DNA of 64,000 nt. Source: Octopus vulgaris. Its lineage: Eukaryota. The notes under the pieces are model-generated. The model worked only from the letters and a program-made list of their open reading frames with translations, did no database searches and was not told where the DNA came from. Where the stretch lies: positions 34,038,001 through 34,102,000 of the forward strand of contig OX597818.1 of assembly GCA_951406725.2 (NCBI GenBank), read 5' to 3'. Of the stretch, positions 13,254 to 28,782 are shown one piece after another; positions within the stretch are counted from its first letter, which is position 1; each line of letters starts with the position of its first letter. The translations under genes were made by a program, and so were the position numbers.

Positions 13254-13328
<75 letters not shown>

Positions 13329-13428
13329 CGTATTATGTATAGCGAATCGCTAAATCATCTAATTATTTAGATGACAAAAACATAAATACTAATGGCGAAG
13401 GGAGTCCAGAAAGAGCCGAAACCGAGGT

Positions 13429-13481
13429 GGTTAACTGATGAGACTATGGAAATTGCCGAAACTGATGCATTAGTATTAAGC
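13429..13481 (+). ncRNA. Type I hammerhead ribozyme candidate
   Basis: TTAA-CTGATGA-G..C-GAAAC-TGATGCATTA-GTA-TTAA; intact core, near-palindromic stem III, 4-bp stem I, weak stem II. Confidence 0.6.
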
Positions 13482-13680
13482 ATTCTCGATCGGCACTTTT
13501 TGGACGATTATGGTCCCTGTTAGTGTATATGTTTTCATTCATGTGTGTTAACTACAGCATTAGAACGTTCTAGCTCTTATTTCTAGCAATGTAGGTATTG
13601 CCTGACAGTCTAGTCGCATTTAGGGACATTTATAGTTTTCCTTTTTTGGTGAAACATTGCAAACAGCTGTTCATATATTA

Positions 13681-13737
<57 letters not shown>

Positions 13738-13741
<4 letters not shown>

Positions 13742-14448
13742 TTTACTTTATGCGTCTCAAAAAAACGATATAAATTTCTAAAAAATCCGTTAGTACCGTA
13801 TTGGTCCCAATTTCGGGGTTAATTCATAAGAATTTTCCCCTCTTCAGCGATAAATACGTGAGATATAAATGAAATACTTACTCATACCCACGGAAAAAGC
13901 AAGCACTAAGTCCTGAACAGACCTAAGTACCCCAAATATATCCAAAATAGAAAATCTTCGGCACATCTCGAGACACGTGTGATTCGAACTAGAAACTTTC
14001 TTAATTCTTATGAATTAACCCCGAAATTGGAACCAATACGGTAATAACGGATTTTTTAGAAATCTATATCGGTTTGTTTCGAGTCGCATAAATTATAATG
14101 GTTATTGACAATTTTCTCTTTTTTTCGGCATATTTGGCATTAGAATTTTTCTTTTGCCCTTATTTTGTAAATTATTTATAAATTTAACCTTCAAAGGTAT
14201 TTTTTGATATGCTGTCCATTGATAAAAATTTTTTATCGAAAAAAATTTTTATCCTACATTAGTTATAAATTTAATAGTGTTCACTTCCGGATTCTCTCAC
14301 TCTGTGAAATTTTCTAGTTCGAATCACACGTGTCTCGAGATGTGCCGAAGATTTTCTATTTTGGATATATTTGGGGTACTTAGGTCTGCTCAGGACTTAG
14401 TGCTTGCTTTTTCCGTGAGTATGAGTAAGTATTTCATTTATATCTCAC

Positions 14449-14451
<3 letters not shown>
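13738..14451. mobile_element. Penelope-like inverted pseudo-LTR unit between (TA)n tracts
   Basis: 13855-13995 is the reverse complement of 14311-14451; 13738-13833 is approximately the reverse complement of 14003-14098; contains an HHR. Confidence 0.7.
13794..13852 (-). ncRNA. Type I hammerhead ribozyme
   Basis: TATCG-CTGAAGA-GGGG aa AATTC ttat GAATT aa CCCC-GAAA-TTGG ga CCAA-TA-CGGTA; full core and three stems. Confidence 0.8.
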
Positions 14452-14499
<48 letters not shown>

Positions 14500-14570
14500 G
14501 GTCCCGGGTTGATTCGGGGTTAACCACAGTAAATAAGGTACTCAATACATAGCAGAGTAAAATTAATTTA

Positions 14571-14850
<280 letters not shown>

Positions 14851-15248
14851 AGGAGTGGCTGTGTGGTAAGTAGCTTGTTTACCAACCACATGGTTCCGGG
14901 TTCAGTCCCACTGCGTGGCACCTTGGGCAAGTGTCTTCTGCTATAGCCTCGGGCCGACCAATGCCTTGTGAGTGGATTTGGTAGACGGAAACTGAAAAGA
15001 AGCCCGTCGTATATATGTATATATATATATATATGCGTGTGTCTGTGTTTGTCCCCCTAGCATTGCTTGACAACCGATGCTGGTGTGTTTATGTCCCCGT
15101 TACTTAGCGGTTTGGCAAAAGAGACCGATAGAATAAGTACTGGGCTTATAAAAAAAGAATAAGTCCCGGGGTCGAGTTGCTCGATTAAAGGCGGTGCTCC
15201 AGCATGGCCGCAGTCAAATGACTGAAACAAGTAAAAGAGAGTAAAAGA
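14851..15248 (+). mobile_element. SINE family A
   Basis: Near full length; tRNA-like A/B boxes, CCTTGGGCAAGT core-like motif, internal (TA)/(TG) tract. Confidence 0.92.
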
Positions 15249-15374
15249 GAATATATATATATATATATATATATGGTGACGTATATTTGCCATTTCAATA
15301 TGGCTACCCCTAAGGGTGGATGCTCACCAAAAAAAAAAATTATCATTGTTATATATATATGTATATATATATAC

Positions 15375-15900
<526 letters not shown>

Positions 15901-16828
15901 AAAGAAAAATATATATATAAAAGAATAGATACCTGTCAATATATAAACCATTCAAAAGGTATTGGTCAACTAGAGGCCTTTTTGTTAGAAGTCTCTTCCT
16001 CAAATCCGCAAACAACTGTGCAGTCGAATCAAACCACAGATATGTTGTTGCGAAGCGAATTTCCTTAAATACACAACCAAAATACATGAGACAGCAAGAT
16101 AAAAATTAATCACCGTTTACTTAGTGAAGCACTTGAAAGAAAATGTTAAATTTTGCAGACTGCACCCCCAAAGTAATATGTGCACACGGATCTTTCATTT
16201 CTACAAATATCAAAGGTTTAAGTAAATATTATGCTAGATTCAAAGAAATTTAACCCATAGTGTATGAATAAGATAGTGTTTCGCTCACATATTCACAAAC
16301 ACACACACATCTACAATAAGTATGTGTGTGTACATTCGTTTGGGTGTGTATAACTAAGTAATCTAATATATTTGTGAAACTATAAAATCATCAATATTAA
16401 TATATATATAAATTTACGTCTGCTTCTTCTCAACAACTTCAGTGAGAAAAAGAAAAGTTCTATGTTAGTAGCTGTTCTATAAGCAAGCTCGTTTGCTATG
16501 TTGCACTAGGGAAAGATTTACAGAATTGATTCACTTCTGGTTGATCTGAAAATGGCAAGTGAAAATTTGTGTCGCATAGACGTACGCATGAGATTGGCCA
16601 TATGAGGCTCTCGGCAGAGGGAAATGCCGACTTTCAGGAAGTAAATTAACATCCAAGTGCTGCATCACAAATTGTGTAGTTACTATATTTCGGACATTTC
16701 AAGTGGTCCAGTGCATACAAAACATGATAAATAAATAACACATGATGGTGAGTGTAATGGAAGTAATGTAATTCAGAACAGACAATATAAGAAATAGTAC
16801 ATTATAAATTTGCATAATCACCTGTTGT

Positions 16829-16890
16829 GCAGAGTGGCTCAGTGGGTACTTGCTGCACCAGACGTTCGAAGATCGAAACTAAGTTCTAAT
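16829..16890 (+). pseudogene. Initiator tRNA-Met relic lacking most of the anticodon arm
   Basis: GCAGAGTGGCTCAGTGG..TGCTG..CCAGACGTTCGAAGATCGAAAC; GATCGAAAC T-loop is typical of eukaryotic tRNA-iMet. Confidence 0.55.
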
Positions 16891-17893
16891 TTTAAAAATT
16901 GTATATCGTTTTATTATTAATTCATCACAACTGAATTGTCTACAAATATACCACCCATATGCATATATATATATATATATATATAATATATATATATATA
17001 TAATCTACAGGGGTAGATACAGATTTTCAATGAAAATTTATACAGTGTAAGGGGTCACCAACTGACCGGGACATTTAGTGTTGTGGGCAGCAGAGACGAC
17101 AACGGGACTTTTCGCCTAATATATAGGATATATGTAGCTTAGAACAGTTCTACGGCACTGATAGCAGAAAGGTAAGCTGTGGTTTTATAAACGGGTATTC
17201 GGGCTATGTTTTTATTTTGTAGGTAACAAGCATAAAAATTACAATACACATACAACTTACAACTTATGTAATTAGTTCTATTCATTATGATATACAGAAA
17301 TTAAACTCATTACTTGTTTTGATATTTAAAAAAAAATTCATTTATTAAATATAGTAGTTTATAGGTTTATTGTCCTTAAAATTCAAACACCTGGCGGGAA
17401 TAGTGGTTCGTAAGACTACAATCTCACCGCCATCCAACATAGAACAGCCCAAAGCTCGATAATAAGGATTCAAAACTTCAAACGTAGAACTTTCCATAAG
17501 CGACAGGTTGGTGAGAAATCAACCAGAACAAGAGAGTATGTTGTAAGTTGATACTTTTTAGAAACGTCTATTTGAATCATTATTTTAATAGGTGCGCATA
17601 TTCTCCTATGTGTATTATATGAATTTTTATAAATCTACTTCTACGTATGGAGCAAACTGTTAATATATATATGAAGAGATATTGTTAAATGTATTCTCTC
17701 AGAACTTATGACGTTTTCTGGCTACGTTATATTTTGAGAGAAATATTTTTCTCACGAATACGTATCGATCGTATTCTAGGATTTTAGTTAGCATTCTAGC
17801 GGTTATTATATTTAAATCTGTGTGGTTAAAGTTTCTTGTCGGTCGAACGAAAAGGTACAGGCCTCCTCGCTTGCGCTGGTATTACAAAATGAT

Positions 17894-18126
17894 AAGGCGG
17901 CGAGCTGGTAGAACCATTAGCACGCCGGGCGAAATACGTTGCCGTATTTCGTCTGCCGTTACGTTCTGAGTTCAAATTCCGCCGAGGTCAACTTTGCCTT
18001 TCCTCTTTTCGGGGTCGATAAATTAAGTACCAGTTACGCACTGGGGTCGATGTAATCGACTTAATCCATTTGTCTGTCCTTGTTTGTCCTCTCTGTGTTT
18101 AGCCCCTCGTGAGTAATAAAGAAACA
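17894..18126 (+). mobile_element. SINE family B with 16-bp target-site duplication
   Basis: Head AAGGCGGCGAGCTGG, central CTTTGCCTTT..GGGGTCGATAAATTAAGTACCAG; TSD GGTATTACAAAATGAT at 17878-17893 and 18127-18142. Confidence 0.92.
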
Positions 18127-18927
18127 GGTATTACAAAATGATGGGGAGGAGGGGAGGTAAAAAATAATTGTAATAAAAGATACAATCCCCTGCATATCTA
18201 TATATGAGTATCTGTATATTTGCATGTGTGCATGCGTTCACCGGAATGTTTGTCATCTTTGAGTGAAAAATCTCCAGAACGGAATTTTTTAAACCATTTC
18301 TGACATGTGCGTTCTATTAAGCAATCAACACCATAAAGGTCACATATCTCTTTGTGATCCTCAGCAGCTTTCATGCTTTTATTAAAATTTTAAAAAAAAG
18401 CAAAATATGGCGAAAATGTTCGTTTTTGCAATCCATTTTCAAAATGACACTGAGCTAACAGCTGCAAACAAAAGAACGCGCAATTTGCTTCTAATGTAAG
18501 CTAAAAGTAACGGCTATCAAATGTCAAAAGGAAAAAATCATAACTTTGACATAAGTCATTCAAAATAAATCGTATTTCTAACTGCGAAAAACAAAATTAC
18601 TTTCTTGCCAACCCAACATTTATCTATCTCCATGAATTTAAATGTTCTGTTTCTCTTCTGATACGTAACATCTATTTTATGATGGAGAGTATGCTATGGA
18701 CAAGACGCTGTATTAGTCTCATTAGGACTTAGGCATTCAAATTAAAGTCATGCTGACTGCAACCTCCACATCACTCTTTTTATCCATTTCATGAGATAAT
18801 GGTCCACTTTTCAAAATCATTTACGCATTTTACCAAATTTTTTCCTTTCTCAATCACAAATTTCTACAATAATTACCATGTGTACATATGTAGCTCTGTC
18901 TCTCACTCTCTCTCTCTCACTCTCTGT

Positions 18928-18973
<46 letters not shown>

Positions 18974-19021
18974 GCATTCAAATGTGCATACATGAGCAAT
19001 GAATTCAGATGTGTGCAAAAT

Positions 19022-19052
<31 letters not shown>

Positions 19053-19105
19053 TATGTGTGTGTGTCTGTGTGTGTGTGTATGCATATATGTATGTATATA
19101 AACAG

Positions 19106-19144
<39 letters not shown>

Positions 19145-19664
19145 AATAGATATATGTGCGTGTGTATATATATATGTATATAAATAATATATATATATAT
19201 ATATATATATACAAACACACACAGATATTATGTATGTATGTATGTATGTATGTGTGTATGTATTCAACTACTCTAATTACATGCCTACATACACACAATT
19301 CTTTTATGATTCACATTATATGGTAGAATATCTAATGGCATCTAATGGCATCTAATTGGATACCCTCACCATACATATAATGATAGTTTATTTAAAAAGA
19401 ACCAAGTTTCTCACCATATTAGCTTCACGGATTTTTCTAGACACAGTTTTCTTCTCCGCGTGAACACTTCCAAAATGAACATGAAGTGATTCTACACAAT
19501 TACAACCGTTCTATTTTCACTTTTGACTAGACGATGATATTGTTGTTATTATGTTAAACTGCCGTATGTCCAAATTTAGCAAACGCATTTTTTTTTTTAT
19601 ATATCTATTTTTGCTTGCAATAGTTAGTTCTATTAATCAAACTATCGTACTTCCAGCTGTTCAG

Positions 19665-19881
19665 TTACTCTTTTGCTCTTTTACTTGTTTCAGTCCTTTG
19701 ACTGTGGCCATGCTGGAGCACCTCCTTTAGTCGATCGAGCAAATCGACCCCAGGACTTATTCTTTGTCAGCCTAGTACTTATTCTGTCGGTCTCTTTTGC
19801 CGAACTGCTAAGTTACGGGGGATGTAAACACACCAGCATCGGTTGTCAAGCGATGTTGGGGGGACAAACACAAACACACAA

Positions 19882-19944
<63 letters not shown>

Positions 19945-20113
19945 CAAATATACGACGGGCTTCTTTCAGTTTCCGTCTACCAAATCCTCTCACAAGGCTT
20001 TGGTCGGCCCGAGGCTATAGTAGAAGACACTTGCCCAAGGTGCCACGCAATGGGACTGAACCCGGAACCATGTGGTTGGTACGCAAGTTACTTACCACAC
20101 AACCACTCCTATG
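19665..20113 (-). mobile_element. SINE family A
   Basis: Full-length reverse copy with expanded (CA)n(TA)n. Confidence 0.92.
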
Positions 20114-20569
20114 CTAAGGTATCAAAAATTGTCAAAGTGTATTACAACGGTTTTGTTATGGAATGGTGAAGCTATTTTTTTTTTTTCGTTTTCTAAAAAG
20201 GCAACGTTTTGGACTTACGATACTTTTGCATAATACCAACGGTATTCGGAACTGAGAGACTCTGTACGTCACACTTCCAAAAATTATCATTTATTTTGTT
20301 TATGTTTTTGCTAACGCTCTTGGTAGTGGTGACCGATGTATTATGTTATTGCTGTTTTTTTTTTCCTGAATTTAGTATTGTCTTTTAACCTCAGGTCAAC
20401 TTTGACTAAATAAACCTATGATCAAGAATATTCCAAAAGCGACCATACAATTTCAGTTTTGGATTTGTTTTGCAAGATTCTTCATGCGAAATCCTGTGGT
20501 AAAACGATTTTTTTATCTCTGGAGTGTCATGACGTCAATAATAACCACCTCCACTTGTTTCATTTCATT

Positions 20570-20835
<266 letters not shown>

Positions 20836-20847
20836 TATGATTATTAT

Positions 20848-21032
20848 AAAGGCGGCAGAATCGTTAGAAGCATTTCGCCTGTCTTTACTATCTGAGTTCA
20901 AATTCTGCCGAGGTCGACTTTGCCTTTCATCCTTTCGGGGTCGATAAATTAAGTACCAGCAAAACACTGTGGTTGATGTAATCGACTTAACCCCTCCCAC
21001 CACATTTCTGGCCTTGTGCCTTTAGTAGAAAG
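20848..21032 (+). mobile_element. SINE family B (short-tail variant)
   Basis: Shared head and central domain. Confidence 0.85.
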
Positions 21033-21035
21033 AGA

Positions 21036-21111
<76 letters not shown>

Positions 21112-21232
21112 TTCATCCCTGACTGTGTTTCTGTTAGTAATTTTCGCACATAATGCCACCAGTTCCCTTCACGAGGAGTACATTATATTCTCCTATAGCA
21201 GTAATTACTACTACAACTACTACTACTACTAC

Positions 21233-21762
<530 letters not shown>

Positions 21763-21788
21763 TATTATTATTATTATTATTATTATTA

Positions 21789-21844
<56 letters not shown>

Positions 21845-22145
21845 CCACTACCACTACCGCTGTTGCTACTGCTACTAACCAACTCTTCTAGTTCTAACAA
21901 AACTTAATGCTATTTGTCTTACTAACAAACGACAAATAAAGTTCAAATATCTTCCCCAGTAAGGGAAAACTACAGAAATCATTTCTCTCCAGTTACTAAA
22001 TACATTAACAAATGCAACGAAACAATATAAAATAACAAACATGAAACCAACGGAAGTGCAAAAACAAAAAAAAACGCATAAAGAAAAATAATTTTTTCTT
22101 AAATTTGCACTCTTTCCTACGTCACATCTGACTCAGACAAAGGTC

Positions 22146-22155
22146 AATAATAATA

Positions 22156-22197
<42 letters not shown>

Positions 22198-22243
22198 ACG
22201 ACGATGATGATGATGCTGATAATAATAATAATAATAATTATTA

Positions 22244-22313
<70 letters not shown>

Positions 22314-22554
22314 CATAATCATTATCATAATCATTATTGTTATTATTATTAATGTTATTATTATGATGATTATTATTATTATTGTTCTTGTTATTATTAT
22401 TATTATTATTATCATCATTATTGTTATTGTTATTATTATTATTGTTATTATTATGATTATTATTATTGTGGTTATTATTATGATGATGGTGATTATATTT
22501 GTTATTATTATCATCATTATTGTTATTGTTATTATTATTATTGTTATTATTATG

Positions 22555-22604
<50 letters not shown>

Positions 22605-22700
22605 GTTTTCAATATTATCTTTATTATTACTGTTACTATAATTTTCTTTATTATCAATAATAGTTATCATCATGATGAACATCAACATCGTCATTGTTAT
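22146..22700. repeat. Degenerate (ATG)n/(ATT)n microsatellite field
   Basis: Directly visible. Confidence 0.95.
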
Positions 22701-23156
22701 CGCCTCATCATTTCATCCTCGCTATCAGCGTCTCTATCATTGTTATCATCGTCACCAGCAAGCATCATAATAAAAAAAGAACAAAATTAAAAAAAAAAAA
22801 ACAAGAAAGAATCGATTGTACACACGGAAACAGTAAGCATTGATATTGAATCCTCGATTTCCCTTAAGCTTGCATCCCACCAGACACCCTTTTCTAAACA
22901 GAACGCAAGGAGATTATACTACTTGTTCAATACTAGTGCAAGATAAGGGGATAGTGCTGAGGGTTGGAAGATGAAAATATGGGAAGCAACCAACTGAAGA
23001 CATCGTAATTACACAGTTTCTACTCTTGTTGTTTTGTGTTGCTTTTTTTTTCTTTTGTGTCGTTGTTTTCTTTACACTTTATTTGTGTTTCCAAGCAACT
23101 CGAAATGAAACCGATACGAAATACTATACTGTTTAAATATGTATGCATGAGTATGA

Positions 23157-23216
<60 letters not shown>

Positions 23217-23310
23217 ATATGCATGTATATATGTATGTATATATATATATATTTATACATATATATATACATATGTATATATATACATATGTATATACAT
23301 ATATATATGC

Positions 23311-23357
<47 letters not shown>

Positions 23358-24825
23358 AATATAAATATTCACACTCACATATATATAAATAAAGAGAAAA
23401 TGTAAATATAGATTAGTAAAATAGAATTATACATATATGCATGTTTGTGTATGGGTGTTCGTGTGTGTTCGTGTGTGTGTGTGTGTGTGTGTGTCAATGT
23501 GTATCGAGATGATATGGAAAAATCCAAACAGAATTTTTAAAAGTTCATATATGCATGCATATGCGTTTTCATCCATGTATGCATGCATGCATGTATGTAT
23601 GTATGTATGTATGTATGTATGTATGTATGTATGTATGTATGTATGTATGTATGTATGTATGTATGTATGCCTGTGTGTGTATGTATGGATGCCTGAATAT
23701 AACGGCAACGAAACAAAGCAACAATCGTAAGTTGACAAAGGTCAACTACAAAATTTAAAGTCAATACTTGTGCACGACTAGTGTATGCAAAGTGTAATGG
23801 CTGGCGTTGGAAAAATAATTTCTGTTCGTTAGTTTTGTAATATAAGACTTTAATTGAATTTGTTTTGAGCTGGTTCCATCAACGATGATGGCAGTTGTAA
23901 CAGCAGCAGCTATTGTAATAACATTAGCATTTATTATAATTAGCGTAGTGTTAGAAATCCTTAACGATGTTATAAATCATTATTATAATTAGTCTTACCA
24001 TTATTGATGTCGTTATATATTTTCAGTTCAGATCCCACCGGATTCGATTTTGCTTTTCTTCGTATTAGAGTTTGAGTGATACAGAGACGGACTGTACATC
24101 TTAACATTCTGATTTCAAACCACGTCAAAGACTGGCAGAAGTGTTCGTCTGACGAACTAAATACCTCTTGCTGTTTTCTCTGGTTCTTTACTTTCTTAGT
24201 TCAAATTCAATCGAAATTGACTTTACTTTTGGTATGTTTGAGTTTAGAAAACGAAAATACCAATCAAGTACAGGGTTTAATATGATTGACTATACTCTCC
24301 CTTGAAATGTTGGGTCCTGTACTAATATTATAATCGGTTAATGTTGTCTTGCCTACATATTGTACTGATATTGTAAGCACTTTAATAATTCTCCCTATAG
24401 ATTTTCAACCCCAGGTTTAGAATGAGAAACGTTTTTTTTTTGGTTGTTGTTGTGTTTTTTGTTCTTTTTTTTCTCTCCAATAGAAATCTTTTTATACTGT
24501 TCTCCTAATTTTGCATCGAGAACTTTCTGAAATATTCTTACTGATCCAAACAAACAGATTTTCTACACTGCCACCCACTTCTAGATTATGATCTAGCTTT
24601 CCACGGTTTACTCGCTTCTAAGGTTCCAGTGATAATTAGTAGAATCATGACCGTGTTAACTGCTTTGTTCCAGCGTTTGAAAAGTTCATACTTCAAGCCG
24701 GTATGATACTCCAGGTTTACTTTTTACTGTTTCTTGATTCCGGTATCAAATAGGTACGCTACATCAATTACAGGTCACATTTTTTCATTCAACAGCTACA
24801 CTATCCAGATTGTAGTGCTCTGAGA

Positions 24826-25863
24826 TGAAAGAGGCAGTGGTACACGAAGTGAGATAGGGGTAAGAAAGGTGAAATGTATGTTTGGTGCAATATAGTCAAC
24901 AGGGACAATGCTTGAGAGGGGAGGAATATTTGGTTAGTCGCAGAATCTCATGGAAGAAACTTTGGACTTGGGAACAAGCAAGAACACTCTTCCTGATAAA
25001 GTCTACCTTCGACGTTTTACCTTCAGAGGCCAATTTAGTCCGGTGGAACATACAAACAAATTATGAATGTAGATGCGGAGAGAAGGCGAAGGTGCAACAT
25101 GTTCTGTCAAACTGCAGGCTGGCACTAGACAGATATGCATGGCTTCACAATCAAGTCCTCGGTATCATAAGCGCAGCACTCAAGAAGATCGAGTGATATA
25201 ATAGTGGAGAGTACCCAAAAGTGGAAAAGCGGGGAAGGATATACTTCCAGAAGGAGGTAAAAGGACATAAGGCCAGGCCTTCAAATAAAGTATATGAGAC
25301 AGACGACGCGGATTTGGAAAGGCTCTTAATATTTGCTCTCATAAAATCAACAAAAGCAACGGACTTAATCCTATGGAACACAGAACGGAAAATTGGAATT
25401 TTGCAAGAGCTGAAAGTGGCATGGGATTAGAACATCGCTAATACAGAGCAACGGAAGGAGAAGAGGTATGGGAGATTAATCGAAGAGTGTGGAGAACAGG
25501 GATGGATTGTCCAATATTACCACCTAGCAGTGGGGGGCTAGAGGCTTTATTGAAAGGAAAATGGTGACGTTAATTAAAAGGTTTGCATTTTCGAACCCAG
25601 AGCTGAGAAAAGTAATAAGGAGAACACAGGAGGCAGTCGACAAAGCCAGATGAAACGAGAAGACCCAAAGTGGTTTGAAAGCCAAAACATGCCGACTGGG
25701 AAATAGCATCGCTAGGCGAGGCTAGCTGACACTTAAGCAGCATCGCTGATTGACAGGTAGGCCAAGGAAGCGATCTCATGCATAGCACGCCCTACTCCTG
25801 GTTCGAAGGGTTGTACCACCAAACAACTGATCGGCTCTGGCTGCTGAAACTGAAACTGAAACT
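24826..25863 (+). mobile_element. Decayed HERO/NeSL-like RLE retrotransposon, 3' portion
   Basis: ISWKKLW..FLIKSTFDVLPSEANLVRW..CRCGE..HVLSNC..RYAWLHNQVL (CCHC finger), then DLILW..ELKVAWD*..RKEKRY..EC..QGW; internal stops and frameshifts; (CTGAAA)3 tail. Confidence 0.85.
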
Positions 25864-26138
25864 AACGCGATACTGTTGGAAGACAGATTTAGATAGGGCG
25901 CGGTCCAAAACTACGCGCCCTTCCCCTCCATTGGTCAGTTGAAACTTAGACAGTGTCACATGGCAGTTATCTGGTGCTGACTGCAGGAGCCTACCGGCGA
26001 GTATTTAAAATAAAATTTGACAGGGTGGTCATTCGCCCGCTGACAATCATTGATGCTGCATCGAAGAAACCAAAGAACAAAAGAGAAAAGGGAGAAAGAA
26101 AAAACGCGCTCAACACCAGAGCTGAAGCTGGGGGCGCG

Positions 26139-26204
26139 CCACGTCGGAAACGGTAGAGGTGTAAGGGCCGAAACCGGACGTGGTACCTCCTGATGATGTC
26201 TTTA
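26139..26204 (+). ncRNA. Candidate non-circularly permuted hammerhead ribozyme
   Basis: GTA 26153-55, GAAA 26170-73 and CTGATGA 26190-96, with stems CGGT/ACCG, GAGGTG/TACCTC and TAAGGGC/GTCTTTA. Confidence 0.6.
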
Positions 26205-26860
26205 GCCCCTGGATTCTATAAAGGGGTTGTTGAAGTAGCGAACCACGAAACGTGGTTGGAATTCCTCCTGTTTTCCTACTTGTTTTATTGAGAAGTCCCA
26301 TAATAACCACACTTCCCCTTTCTTGTGAAATTCCATTTCGGTTCCCAAACTTGCGCATTATTATTAGAGGTACTTGCATTAGCATTGTTGCTGTTTTAGT
26401 TTTTGTTGCTGTTGTAGTTGTTGCTGCTGCTCTTTTTATTGTTGTTGTTATTCTTGTTTTGTGCTGATATTTTTGAATTGAATGGGAGTGTTCATACTAG
26501 TTCCGTAGGGAAATTCGATTTATTGGATTTCATAAAATTAATTCTTTATAATTTTTACCGATAGATTTTAGATATGTTACTAAAGACTTCGAAACAGCTT
26601 CAGTGTCCATCCAATTTTACCTCAGGTTGGAAACAAAGCTGTCTTCAAAAATGGAACTTTTTTGTTTTTTATTTCTAACATTTTGCATCCTCATATTTCA
26701 GCATGAATTCTTGTATTATGATAACAACAGCTTAAACAAATAAACGCCGCAAGCTAAAAGTTTGTTAAAATATCGAATCACAAATTAAAAATAGAGAAAC
26801 TAAATATGACATCGAACAGACAGAAAGATAGTGAATTTACAAAAGAAAAATTGTCATAAT

Positions 26861-27353
<493 letters not shown>

Positions 27354-27449
27354 TATAATATTAACTTAAACGTGCGCAGTGAAAATGCAAGCAGCAACAT
27401 TAACCTGCTCAAGTTTTACCAAAACTGAAATAACTATGATTTCCATATA

Positions 27450-27752
27450 TTGTTTGTTCTTTCTCGAGTCATGCCTGGCTAATAAGGGCCGGTTTCCCGG
27501 TTTCCTTGGCGTATAGGTTCCCCACCTGGACGGGACGCCGGTCCGTCGCAGGTGAGCTGCAAGATGCAGGAGGAAAGAGTGAGAGAAAGTTGTAGCGAAA
27601 GAGTCAGCAGAAGTTCGCCATTACCTTCTGCCGGAGCCGCGTGGAGCTTAGGTGTTTCGCTCATAAACACACACATCGCCCGGTCTGAAATTCGAACCCG
27701 CGATCCCACGACTGCGAGTCCGCTGCTCTAACCACTAGGTCATGTGCCTCCA
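27450..27752 (-). mobile_element. tRNA-derived SINE family C (OR-like), tail type 1
   Basis: Head GGAGGCACATGACCTAGTGGTTAGAGCAGCGGACTCGC..GGTTCGAAT; body shared with 29695 and 42061. Confidence 0.88.
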
Positions 27753-28554
27753 CATAATTTCTATATAAGAAAAGTTAATTCGAAAACCACACAAATACGA
27801 CTTGCACTAGAGAAATGTGAGGCACAGTGGAAAGAAAAATTCTGTGACAGTACCACGTAACAATAACAAATACGTTTTTTCCTGAAATTATCACAAAAGC
27901 TCAAGAAAGAAGACAAAAGAGGTCAGTTTGTTCAGGGATCCCCTTAGTAAACCGGGAAGATCATATGAAACTATATGCATACTTTTTATAGCTGCAGATG
28001 ACACAAAGAAGCCGATTTAGTGCAAAACAACCTTGCCCATAGTTAATCTCACAATGCACGGAACGAGAAAATACTAGGATTGTCATTAAAGACATCAGAG
28101 ACGACCTCGACTCTCAGTTTATGATAACTTTCTTAACATATTGCGGATAAGAGTTCAATACTGATGATACCATTGGTGATATGTGGCTGGTTGGCGCCTT
28201 TGTTGACATACAAGACCCTAACCCTTATGATCCCGAAGACCACAATATTGCACCCATAGTAGGAGCGTGGAGAAATGCGTTAAGCCTGGTAATGTAGGGC
28301 AAAAAGCATGACCGCTATCATCTGATGGTAATTATAATTTAAAGGCGTTATGTTCATAGGATCTAAAGAAGCCGAAAGGGGGAAAATGGCAAAGGTAATA
28401 GTAGCAAGAACAGGCCATTGAGACTACAGCTCCCAGATTTACCATCTGATGCAGCTCTGGAAACGTAAAAAGAGATCACCCCTTCGTCGATTCCAACAGC
28501 TGACCAGAATGGCCAGGAGACATTTAAAAGAAAAGTTACTTTCTCCAATCAATG

Positions 28555-28782
28555 CCAACTCATATGGGCCGGGTTTCCTAGTTTCCATGGCGTATAAATT
28601 CCCAACCTGGACGGGACGCCGGTCCATTGCAGGATTATTAATTTTTGTCAGCTGAGCGGACTGGAGTAATGTGAAATGAAGTGTTTTGCTCAAGAACACA
28701 ACGCATCGGCCGATCCAGGAACTCAAACCACAATCTTATAATCATGAGTCCAACACCCTCACCACTAAGTCATACGCCATCC
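28555..28782 (-). mobile_element. tRNA-derived SINE family D (V-domain-like)
   Basis: Matches the 43915-44177 copy (TTCTTGAGCAAAACACTT..CTCCAGTCC.CTCAGCTG). Confidence 0.8.
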
